Assembly: GCA_950097015.1 (NCBI GenBank)
Contig: CATNEN010000041.1
Coordinates: forward strand, 248,001-312,000
Direction: 5' to 3'
DNA from: Macrostomum hystrix
Lineage: Eukaryota; Animalia; Platyhelminthes
DNA: 64,000 nt
Shown one piece after another: positions 38,999 to 49,539 of the stretch; the first letter of the stretch is position 1; the number at the start of each line of letters is the position of its first letter. The notes under the pieces were generated by a model. The model worked only from the letters and a program-made list of their open reading frames with translations, had not been told where the DNA came from and did not search any database. The translations under genes and the position numbers were made by a program.

Positions 38999-40040
38999 AT
39001 CGTGCGCCACTCGCAGAGACGCCAGGCCCGCACCGACTGGTCAACATCTGCACCCACCTGGCTAAAAAGACGGAAGAGTTGAAGTCGGCCCGGCTGCGCT
39101 TCTGCTACGAGTCGGTGCGCGACGCCACGCTAAGCATTCGCAAAGGCAGCTCGGAAGTTGCCTCCCTGCTGTGCGGCAGGTCGCAGAGTGAGCTCAGTGT
39201 GACAGAGTGACTTAATTACTGAGTGCCGGAGAAACTGAGTAACTGATTACCTGAGCTAATGACTGAAAATGTGCGAATGAATAACAGGGTGACTGAGTTC
39301 ACTGATTAGATACGAGGTATGTGATCTACGAGTCATACGAGCGTAGAGACACCTATGGAACGACGTCAGACCAGTGAAATTCCTTTAATCGTTACTTTCA
39401 GTTCTAATTTTTGGAATAGCCCCGTCAAAGTGTTGCGCTTATACCCTGAGCTACATAAGCTTTTACTGCGGTACCTGGACCAGACACAGCATCAATGGAA
39501 AAGCCTTCCCCTTGGAGGTGACAAAAAACGTTTTTACAAAAAATAATGTGCTTGGGATGCAATAAGGTTAATAAGACACTTGGCTAGTGCTTTTCTATGC
39601 AACTTTGCAGATCCACTTTGTTCACCGATTGAAGGACGCTGCACCTGACTCTGAAGGTAGGCCTGGAACAGAAGTTTCCACGAAACAGAATTTTCCATGA
39701 AACCGAAATGTCTAAGAGAGTCACCGCACCGATCGACTGCTTGACCGCAGGCGTCACCCTGACGATCAGCGTCCTGTGCAGCGAATGCGGCGGCTGCAAC
39801 GGAGCGGGCAGTGAAGAATATGGCCTGCAGCCGGTCTGCCACGCGTTGAAGCAGCTGATGGCTTCTGGCGGTGGCAGATTGGCGACTTCGCTGACGACTT
39901 TGTTCAGCCCGGCTTCGCTCCTGCCGCCCTCCGACAGGTTTGGCGAGTTCTGGTTCTATGTGGACCCCCGAGGGGTCGGCCCGGCCAGACCGACAGAATG
40001 GATTGTCATGCGGTACCCGCTGCAGACCAGCGGGGCCCAG
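38999..40040 (+). CDS. Alpha-carbonic-anhydrase-related protein, predicted acatalytic; exons 38999-39187, 39420-39517, 39611-39656, 39751-40040; first and last exons unresolved (possible start 38822, possible end near 40340-40450)
   Basis: Four phase-consistent GT-AG exons give VNICTHLAK...HSINGKAFPLEIHFVH...GVTLTISVL...FSPASLLP...FWFYVDPRGVGPARPTEWIVMRYPLQTSGAQ. This follows the alpha-CA motif order (PIDIxT, HTxDG..YPxELHxVH, YWTYxGSLTTPP, VxWIVxxxPIxxSxxQ). Confidence 0.75.
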
Positions 40041-40134
40041 GTACTTCAGCTATGTTACATTTTTCAAACTACGCTACATTAAGGAACAAAAAAGACTAAC
40101 ATTGTTTTAAACAATGTACAGCAGCCAGATTGGT

Positions 40135-40290
40135 TTCTACGAGGGTAAGAACCATGTTGATTGGTTTCTAAGAAGCAGGTTAATTGGTTTCTAAGAAGTA
40201 GATTGATTGGTTTCTAAGAAGCAGGTTGATTGGTTTCTAAGAAGTAGGTTGATTGGTTTCTAAGAAGCATGTTTATCGGTTTCTAAGAAG
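40135..40290. repeat. 23-bp minisatellite (tggtttctaagaagcaggttgat), ~6 copies
   Basis: Tandem unit read directly. Confidence 0.85.
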
Positions 40291-40754
40291 TAGTTTCCCT
40301 ACCCACCCTATCCAGCTTAATCTGTTTCATCAAGCCGCAGCCAGATCCGAGGTTCGAGTCAGGTCAGGTGGCATCAACCGTTCCGAAGTGCCGCTGGGCC
40401 GTCTGTTCGCCACATTCAGCGCTCCATGATGCCTGGTGGCCTGGATTAAGGGATCGATTAATGAAATTGAATAAAGAACCATGCAGTTTGAATGAAAAAT
40501 CGCAGATTGGCGTGCACAAACAGTCAGATGTTGGACGCTCGCGTTTTTTTCTGTTTCTATTTCTTATTATCATGTAAAATGATGTCAGCTGAACAATTAC
40601 GACAGTACACGCAGTATATTAAAGACAGCCAAGGTCTCAGGATGCCTGTCAGTCTTAAATCACTCCTGCTCCTGCTGTGAGCAATCTAACCATTAGCAAA
40701 ATTAAGCAATCTAAAACGCCAATAATTCAAGGCACCCATCGTCAGAGAAAGCCA

Positions 40755-41756
40755 TTACGCGATGGACGCGAAAAACTCGCGGATCTCGGCCTCAGACATT
40801 GCGCTACTGGCCAGGCCGAAGGCAGCCAGAGTTCCCGAGAAGTATTCGCCGGGAACGCGCATGCCGAAGAGCATGCACACCTGGTTGACTGCAGGTAATG
40901 TGTTCGGATCAGGCGAGGAGGTGATGGTACTCCTGGGAAGAAAAGCACTTCCCAGGAAGAAGTCCGCGGAGTCGCCTGAAGCAGTGGTCGTGAATCCGAT
41001 GTTCAGCCAATCCTCTGAGCTGGCCGAGAGCTGGTTAGTGCTTGAACGACGATATGGAAGCACGCTTCCGGTCACGCTGCCCGTCCTCGCGTACAGCTGC
41101 CTAGCCTCCCCGGACTCCCAAATGTGAACGGCATACATTTGGCTGGTGCCGAGGGTGCTGCAGTCTATGAACTCTGCGATGGGCTGCACTCTCGGCTGCC
41201 TCTTAATCCGAAGCAGCCAGGTAAGACCAGTGAGAAAACTGATGCTGGTCTTGTTCAGCACGGCATATGAGCTGGTGCCGTCAAACACTGCTCCATCACT
41301 GGTCCACTGAACAGCCGCTGGATACAGCTGGTTAATGTCTTCAGCAGCCTGGCAAACCAGATTTTCAAGTCGGCTCACAGAACTGGCGATCCACAAATTA
41401 CTGAGCTTCGGGCTGATCGATCGGTGGTCGATGGGAAATCGAAAGAACACTTCACAGTTGGGACTCGCTCCGGTAGAGAGTTGCCGGCAGACGGACTGGT
41501 AGTTAAACACAATGCACGATCGAGTGAGCGAGTTAAACTGTGCAACTAGAGCTCCTGTTCTGCCCTTTGACGCTTCCTGCATGCAGTGAATCACTCCGAG
41601 CGAGTCCCAGCGACCGATGGCAGCCGGCGCATCATCTGGCACGCATCGCACACTCGCCTGCGTCCAGACGGGAGCAACTGAGGTCAGCGGCGACTGGCAC
41701 TGAACGGTGCCGCAGGCAGCCAGAGCGCCGATGCTGAGCAGCACAGTGAGCACCAT
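40755..41756 (-). CDS. Secreted protein with a PAN/apple-like Cys module followed by a LamG/pentraxin-like (ConA-fold) domain
   Basis: Signal peptide MVLTVLLSIGALAACG; C...C(MQE)...AQFNSLTRSCIVF; then VFDGTSSYAVL, TWLLRIK, WLNIGFT, FSGTLAAFGL...MSEAEI, a pattern typical of LamG-like folds. Single exon, 333 aa. Domain calls are by eye. Confidence 0.7.
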   Translation of the reverse strand: MVLTVLLSIGALAACGTVQCQSPLTSVAPVWTQASVRCVPDDAPAAIGRWDSLGVIHCMQEASKGRTGALVAQFNSLTRSCIVFNYQSVCRQLSTGASPNCEVFFRFPIDHRSISPKLSNLWIASSVSRLENLVCQAAEDINQLYPAAVQWTSDGAVFDGTSSYAVLNKTSISFLTGLTWLLRIKRQPRVQPIAEFIDCSTLGTSQMYAVHIWESGEARQLYARTGSVTGSVLPYRRSSTNQLSASSEDWLNIGFTTTASGDSADFFLGSAFLPRSTITSSPDPNTLPAVNQVCMLFGMRVPGEYFSGTLAAFGLASSAMSEAEIREFFASIA

Positions 41757-43973
41757 GTTGTCTCTAAAGCAGCAGTTACAAATTGAAGCTGACTTCTGTA
41801 CTAAATTTGGTTGACTTTGAGTCTCAAATCAAATTGAAACTGTACCTGATTGCACAGAGCAGAGAATTTCGTTCGTGCTCTGCTGTGCTCACTTCCTTGT
41901 GTTTGAAGCACAAAGGCTCGCAGAATGAAGTTTACCCCTCATTTAGACCCCGCAGTCTGCAAGTTTAATGGGCGCAGGAGCGACGCATCTTTTGGTTGGC
42001 GATGGTTGGGGGACGGCGCTTGGTAACAGCTCCCCCAAACGTGCAGTAAACATGCAGTAAATGTAAACAGAAGTAAACGGCAACCAGAAGTCAGCGGCTG
42101 CAGTCTTGGGGGAGTGCAGAAATAATTTGAGGCTAATCACGCGAGTATCGTTACGCACATGCTGGATGGGTTGCTGAGCCCTCCTGTTGCCATGCACCAG
42201 CTCCCGTGTCTTACATTCATGCAAACCTTCCTTTTTGTTCGTTTGCAGTACCCAAAGGCTCCAGCAGAAGTCTATTGCATTATTCACAAGCTTCAAATGG
42301 GATTCTCTTCCTACCTGCAAATTATTATTTCCTTAAATAATTCCTAGTCGCATCGGAGCAGCAAGAAAATGAATAAAGTGTCTGCTTGCCTAAGTTTCCC
42401 CCTTTTATTGACATGGTTTGTCAAGAATACACGTCCCTCTGATAATAATTCATATACGGTATATAGTCCCTGTACATGTAATACAATTATAGCCCTTGAA
42501 ACTAAAAATTTAGTTTCATTAACCACATTGCAATAGACTTTAACCGAAACGTGCCGCAAAGTAGAATTATATGGTCATAAATATTTCGCCGCAGCTGAAC
42601 ACAAACCTAACACTGAACACGAGCTAGAATCCAAGTCTATGCTTCCAAGTCTCTCCGCTGTTCAAGAGAACATTGGTTCTTTGTTAATTCAGCAGTCTTA
42701 ACCTGGTCTTGTTTCTTGAGTTAAGTCATTTAGACTCAGTAGTTAGATTTAGCCTCCGGGGTGGTTTGATTACATTCCGAGCTGTATGAATGATGCAGAT
42801 AATGTAAAATATTAAGCGCAAATTTCTATTTTTGTCGCCCTAGAGTCCAGTCGGTATCAAATTAACACTGATTAGAGATCATAAATATCATTGTTAATAC
42901 ATTTTAGTGATACTAATTATTCTAATAAAATTTATTATGAAAATGGGACATCGAATTTTATAACAAATTTTTCGGTATATATCAAACGCTTTAAAAAAAT
43001 TGTTTGTTTGATTTGCACGTGTAGTTGATTTTTTTGATTTATTGAAATTCCAAGAATGACCAAGCTAGAATGGTTGAAATATCGCTTATATGGATGGATT
43101 TATATTGTTTGTTCTGGTTCCGTCAACAATTTTTATAACTTCGCAAGTCAATGTGTACTTTTTTATAAAACTTTCATTTTGCAATCTTAAAACATTATAA
43201 GCAACATATATAAGTAGCTTAAGTATATTCATAATTTTCAGCTAGCCAGCAGCTAGACAATAATAATAAGCTATGTAAGATACATCTTTTTAGTTTTAAG
43301 TAAAAATTCACCTGTTTATAAAACAGCAGTTATCATTACTAAGGTGTTAAGCTCTCCCTTAATAAATTTTATTATTATTACTATTGTTAATTTGGCACTT
43401 CAACTTTATGAACTTTATTTGTGCTTCAATGTCTGAATATCTAAAATTTGTGTCATCGTCCCTTGAGCATGTCTCGTATTTATAGTTCTTTGATTGAATG
43501 CATATACAGGGTTCCGACAAATCAATGAATAAGTTTTCTATTTTTTAAAGCATACATTGCCCACTATGAAGAGCATGCATTATGATTAGTTTTATACTGA
43601 AGGTGTGTTTTGTTATCTAATGTCTTATTAATCTATAAAAATTTATTATACAGCTATACACGAGAAAAGTTACACTATAATTTAAGTATTATAAATAGGC
43701 AGTTAACGTAAAATAATTTTTTAGAAATGTAACTAATACAGCACATAAGCTTACCTTATAGTCTTTTATATCTTCAAACTCCAATTTTTATGCTCCCAAA
43801 AGTAAACATGTTTTCTAATTGTATTTTCTCTATACTGTCTAAAAAATTGCTGTGTAGCTGCAACATTTAAGACAGTTCCATAATAACAGTAAAGAAATAT
43901 TTGAAACATTTTATTTCTGCACTATCCATCATACACTTCTACTTGCAGCTGAAGCAATTCTGGACCACTAGAA

Positions 43974-45377
43974 ATGTATCGCCAAGCTACACGCGTAAGC
44001 TACTTAGTAGTGCAGCAACAGCACCTGCTAGCTTTGACTCTGCTGCTGCTATGGGCCAGCCTAGCAACTGCCGCGCCAGACAAATGCAGCGTCTGTAACA
44101 AGCTGACCGAGGCATTCGAGAACGGCCTGCAGCGTACGGCCAAGGACAACTTCGGCGGCGGAAACACGCACTGGGAGGAGAGCCGGCTGGGCAGCTGGGC
44201 GCACAGCGAGACCCGGCTGGTTGACATCCAGGTTGCATAATCTCATTTTTTCAATGCCAATACCAAGTCACAGGATATATTCACAATCATACGATCCCGA
44301 TTATCTAAACCAAATCCCAGAATAAATTATGTCAGTCTTAGGATCCCAATGCTCATTCTCAGAATCCTCTACGATCCCGATTCCTGATCCTAGAAACTAG
44401 ACAGATCCGATCACTCTACTTATGAATACTGCATGGCAGTAGTAGTATGGTAGGAACATACATTCTGATTTCCACAGGAGCGGCTTTGCCAGGGCGAAGG
44501 CAAGGAGGAGACGGCTGTATGCCACGCCCTGTTGGAGCAGTTCGAGGAGGCCCTCGAGGCCTGGTGGTTCGGCGATTTCCGTCGCGATCCAGCCGGCTCA
44601 TCAGCCGTAGCCGCCGCCACCCTGCGCAGCCTTCTTTGCGTGGATCGAGGCCAGCTCTGCTGCCCGCATGGCTCCTTTGGGCCGAAGTGTGCGGCCTGCC
44701 CCGCCTGCGGTCTGCGCGGTGACTGCGACGGCAACGGCACCCGATCAGGCAGCGGTCGTTGCAACTGCCACGTCGGCTACGGGGGCGATCTGTGCGACAA
44801 GTGCGATGCGGGCCGCTACCTGGCCGACAGCTCGCCGCTCTGCCTCGCCTGCCATCCGGCCTGCGGACCTGCCGGCTGCGTAGCTGGCTCCGGCGTCAGC
44901 GACTGCCGCGACTGCGCCGCTGGCTACGAGCCCAGTGCCGACACCACTGCCTCCGATGCCGACGGTCGAGTCACCTGCATTGACGTGGACGAGTGCGCAT
45001 CCGTTACCAGCCCGTGCTCTGGGCCGCACGAGACCTGCGTGAACTCTCCCGGCAGCTTCGCCTGCCACTGCTTGTCTGGCTATCGGCGACCTGCGGCTGG
45101 TGGCGACTGCGAGCCGGAACCTGCGGAGACTCCCCGCCGTGATTCCGTGGAAACTCCAAGTGTAGATTTCACGGAGACTCCCAGCGGCGATTCCGTGGAA
45201 ACTCCAAGTGTAGATTCCACGGAGACTCCCAGCGGCGATTCCGCGGAAACTCTCAATGGGGATTCCACGGAGTCGACAGCCCCAGAGGAAAGGGGTGAGT
45301 TTGAATTGCACAAATTCCTAGGTAGTGAAGATGTGCTCGTTAAGTCCTACTTATTTAATATTTCAGACGAGTTGTGA
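43974..45377 (+). CDS. CRELD2: CRELD (cysteine-rich with EGF-like domains), soluble ER-type (CRELD2-like), ~361 aa; exons 43974-44231, 44478-45294, 45367-45377
   Basis: Signal peptide; CSVC motif; RTAKDNFGGGNTHWEESRLGSWAHSETRL (CRELD hallmark); CCPHGSFGPKC and laminin/EGF/furin-like repeats; calcium-binding EGF CIDVDEC...CVNSPGSFAC; no TM segment; the spliced C-terminus is RDEL. Confidence 0.93.
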
Positions 45378-45844
45378 CAGCCGTTGAACCTGAGCTAGGC
45401 GCAGACATGGAGCTGGGGCTGGCTGTGCCTGCAGATTTATAGTGCCAATTCATGGACTGATTTGTGTTCGCGAATCGCCTTGAGAACATTTTTTCTCTTT
45501 CGTTAACTTGACTTCATTAGCGAACCGCAGGATTAAAGTACATTGTGCGCTTTCCTCCCCATTGGTTTTTCAACTGTTGCTGTGCTGTTATGCCATTTGC
45601 TTTTGCCTCTTCGGTCGCCGCTCTTCTTAATTGTCTCGTCTGATTGCTTTCTGCAGCATTTTATCTTTTCAAATACAAATCAAATAATTAATTGTGAGTG
45701 CCGCTGTTGATTGCGCCGGCTGTGGACATCTGACTGAATTACTGCACTGCATGGATGGCCATGTTCTGGTATTACTTTCTCAAAAAACGTTTTCTCAAAA
45801 CTTTACATTGGTTCTTTATTTAATCATTCTGCTTATGAATGTCA

Positions 45845-46260
45845 CCTGTGAATGGGGTTTCACTGAATGGGGTTCATTTGAACCAGGGTGTTTCACTGAA
45901 TGGGGTTCATTTGAACCAGGGTGTTTCACTGAATGGGGTTCATTTGAACCAGGGTGTTTCACTGAATGGGGTTCATTTGAACCAGGGTGTTTCACTGAAT
46001 GGGGTGCATTTGAACCAGGGGTTTCACTGAATGGGGTTCATTTGAACCAGGGGTTTCACTGAATGGGGTGCATTTGAACCAGGGGTTTCACTGAATGGGG
46101 TTCATTTGAACCAGGGGTTTCAGCGAATGGGGTGCATTTGAACCAGGGGATTTCACTGAATGGGGTGCATTTGAACCAGGGGATTTCAGTGAATGGGGTG
46201 CATTTGAACCAGGGGATTTGAGTGAATGGGGTGCATTTGAACCAGGGGTTTCACTGAATT
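45845..46260. repeat. 33-bp minisatellite (tgtttcactgaatggggttcatttgaaccaggg), ~12 copies
   Basis: Tandem array; explains the FTEWGSFEPGC ORFs. Confidence 0.93.
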
Positions 46261-46705
46261 TTAGTGAATGAGGCTAATTTGAACCATATAAACAATAAAG
46301 AACCGAGCAATGTAATGACATTTTACTGGCAGTTATATTTATAAATTTGCATTCTTATATATTTCTTTTATTTCAGGTGAAATATAGTTGTCTTTTCTTC
46401 TAATTAAAATCCATTTACACTGAAAGCAGAAAAGCTGGGTCAAACACATTTTGCTAATTATGAAAAGTAACTGTAGAGATAACTGGAGTAACAGTTAAAT
46501 AAAACCAAATCCAAAGCTTTGTGCCAGCAACAATGCGTCGGAACACGCATTGCCAGATATTCCCTCATTTGCTTTATAAAAAGAGTAATAAAACAGCTAA
46601 GCAGTGCACTTTTTACACGCCTCAAATTGTAAAGAAAGCCACCCAAAACGCCTTGGGCCAGGAGATTAATTATCTACACACTCAAGCAGCTCTGGTCGCA
46701 GCAGA

Positions 46706-48058
46706 CTAGGCCAGGAGGTCCTCCGCGCCAATGCTGCACAGAGCCTGCTGAATAAGACCGCTGAAGCCTGGCTCGTGGGCCAGGCTCGTGATCAGGGACT
46801 CAATCGGCTTCTCCGACATCCTGGCCAGAGTCACCGTGTCTGCGTGGCTGCGGGTGAAGGCCTCAACGAAAGCCAATTCCTTGCCACGCTGGGTGAGGCT
46901 CCGGACGAGGTGCTGCTGCTCTTCGGTGGACAGGCTGCGGACCGGCGCCGGAGTGGCGGCCGCCGACTGTTGCTGAAGCTCGCCAGTGGTGCCCATGCCG
47001 CTGTCCACCGTGCGCACCGGCGGGCCTTGCGTCATCCATGGCGCGGCCTCTCCAGCTGCAGCCGCCTCCGGCTCCGGTGGATCAGAGCCAGCAGCAGCAG
47101 CCAGGCCGTCAGCCACGCCCTCGCGGAACAGCTCAGTAAGCTCCGGACTTCCTGTTGCCGCAGCCATTTCAGCGACGGTGACGCCTTCGCTGTCCTCCTC
47201 CAACGGGTCGGCGCCGTTGTCAAGGAGGAATCGAGCTGCTCGAACCGCGCCGGCATTCACTGCTGACATCAGCGGCGTCCAGCGATTGCCGCGGTGCTGC
47301 CTCTCGTCAAGGTTGACGTTGATGCCAGTGTCGGTTGCGAAATCCAACAGCAGGCTCAGCATGTCAGTCCGGTCTCGAGTCGCCATCAGGTGAAGCACCG
47401 TGTCTCCAGCACGGTCATTCATGTGGATGGCGGCAGCTACCTGGCCTGCCACAAGCCTGCCCTCCTCGATCAGAGTCCTTGTTATTCTCAGTCCGGCTTC
47501 GAGGACCTCAACAGACTCCTCCTGTGCGCAGTGGTGCAGGAAGTTTCGGCCGTTGTTGTCGTACAGTCGGTGAAGCTGAGTCGGCTCTCTGACCAGCAGG
47601 CGCTCCATCAACTTCTCAGCTGAGCTGCCACTCGATGTGCTCAGCATGAGCATGGTTTCCCTACTCTGCGAACGGTCGTCAAGAGCCTCGGGATTTCGGC
47701 TAGCCGCAATGTCCAACAGCTTCTCGGCCCGCTCGCCCTGCTGCCGCAACAGAGCAGACGCCACGGGATTGTCGCCGTCGCTGTTGCGAACTCTCAGCCT
47801 GTCGGAGCTGCTGTTAAACACCTGCAAGAGAATTTCTTCACAGTTGGCGCCCTCGCTGTACTGGTGAATTGCAGTGGCCAGAATGCGCGGATAGTCTAGC
47901 AGCAGGCGTCGCTGAATCGCCTGTGGCAGAGCGCGGAACTTCAGGGACTCGGGCGTCTCGCCCTGGGCTTCAGAATCCAGGTTCAGCTGCTGCATCCGGC
48001 CCTCCAAGCTGGCAGGCTGCTGCCTGGTCTTGCTACTTCGAGGTGACTGGCCTTGCAT
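46706..48058 (-). CDS. Ankyrin-repeat protein with C-terminal death-fold-like module (family member 2), intronless, 450 aa
   Basis: Ankyrin motifs NSDGDNPVASAL, DNNGRNFLHHCA, DRAGDTVLHLMA, WTPLMSAVNAGAVRAARFLLDNGADP, EGVTVAEMAAATG. The linker contains VDSGMGT and is followed by a helical ~75-aa C-terminal domain. Confidence 0.88.
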   Translation of the reverse strand: MQGQSPRSSKTRQQPASLEGRMQQLNLDSEAQGETPESLKFRALPQAIQRRLLLDYPRILATAIHQYSEGANCEEILLQVFNSSSDRLRVRNSDGDNPVASALLRQQGERAEKLLDIAASRNPEALDDRSQSRETMLMLSTSSGSSAEKLMERLLVREPTQLHRLYDNNGRNFLHHCAQEESVEVLEAGLRITRTLIEEGRLVAGQVAAAIHMNDRAGDTVLHLMATRDRTDMLSLLLDFATDTGINVNLDERQHRGNRWTPLMSAVNAGAVRAARFLLDNGADPLEEDSEGVTVAEMAAATGSPELTELFREGVADGLAAAAGSDPPEPEAAAAGEAAPWMTQGPPVRTVDSGMGTTGELQQQSAAATPAPVRSLSTEEQQHLVRSLTQRGKELAFVEAFTRSHADTVTLARMSEKPIESLITSLAHEPGFSGLIQQALCSIGAEDLLA

Positions 48059-49539
48059 TGTGCTGAAAGTATTTTAGAAATGAAAAGCTCATGATATTGA
48101 GTATGCAGCTTAAACTGAACTTGATGTTTTTCATTTGAATTTAGGGTATAAAAAGTAGACTAGAGACATTTTATATTGAACAATAGCCAACAAGGAAATC
48201 AATTAGTAATTATCAATTAGCTTTAAAAAAGCTTTATCCAAAGGTTCTATATTCAGATTCTTGGTCTACATAGGCCACACAATTGGTAATACCATTGACA
48301 TTGTAATGTTTATGACCTTTCCTAAGATTATAAGTTGATGTATTATCAATTCTAGCTACAGGGGCCTACCTATAAATATTAACAACCAACCAACCAATAG
48401 CTAGCTAACCTACTTGTTTCAGATATAAAAATAATTTAATTGAAAGTGAAAATGACTGTATTTACTTTTTCAGATAATAAACTGTTAAGATAAGCTAGAA
48501 GTTATATTTTCTAATGAGTTTAATAGTTAGCTACAGTACTATTTCAATACACTATAGCTACATATAGTTATCACAATGTAAGGCTGAAAGTTTTTTCCCA
48601 GAACTATTTCCCAAATGTTATAGGAAGTACTATGCAACTGATTTATAATATTGCTAATTGCTAACATCAAGAATCATTGCAAAAATATTTTTATACTAGT
48701 AAAGTATCTACTAACCTAGTTACATGCTGAAATGTAAGTATCTATCAAGATTCAAGAAAGCTTGGGCCTAGCTATGACTAGCATAAATATGGGCCAGAGG
48801 AAATCTGCATTTGCAGAGGCCATAGGCTCTTAATAATATATAGATTGGAGCTTGTTCCTAATTATTTAATAGCTACTTGATAATTATAAATGTAAGATTT
48901 GATACATAGTTTAATAAGCTATAAAAACTGTTTTTAAGAGACAAGTAAAAAACTACAGTTTGCTCAGGTTTTCCTGTGTGTGTGCTGTGTGCTAGGCTTA
49001 GTTTGTAAGTGTAAGCTAAGCCTAGTACCTACAGTCATGAGTTAGCTACTTAAACTGTGAATAAACTAATAATTAGGCCTAAAAACTAATGTTCACTTAT
49101 TGCTTCGTTTTGTTTTTCGTCTGTTATATTATCTTCTTTTTTGTGACACCAATTACCAATAACTTAAAAAAATAATTTACTTATAACAATAATTACTTAG
49201 CATAGATTCATAGAACAAGGTACTAAAAATGGCACAGAGCTTTTAATCTACAGCAGTGTGTACGACTCCGCGGTCAGTCCGCGGCCAGTCCGTGGCAAGT
49301 CCGTGGAACGTTTTAAGTTAATTTTCTCGCCCCGGCAATTCCGCGGAAAATCCACAAAATTGATGCTTTTCTAACAAGGCCATTTGTGAATTTTGCGTGT
49401 TTTAATTTATTTATTTAAATGTCCCCAATTTATTTAGGCCTAGTTATGTGTGAGGCAGCGAAGAAATGAAGAACGGAGCACTGGGTTAGAAGGTTGAAAA
49501 AACTCGAGCCCTCCAAGGGCCTTGCGCACTAATATATAT

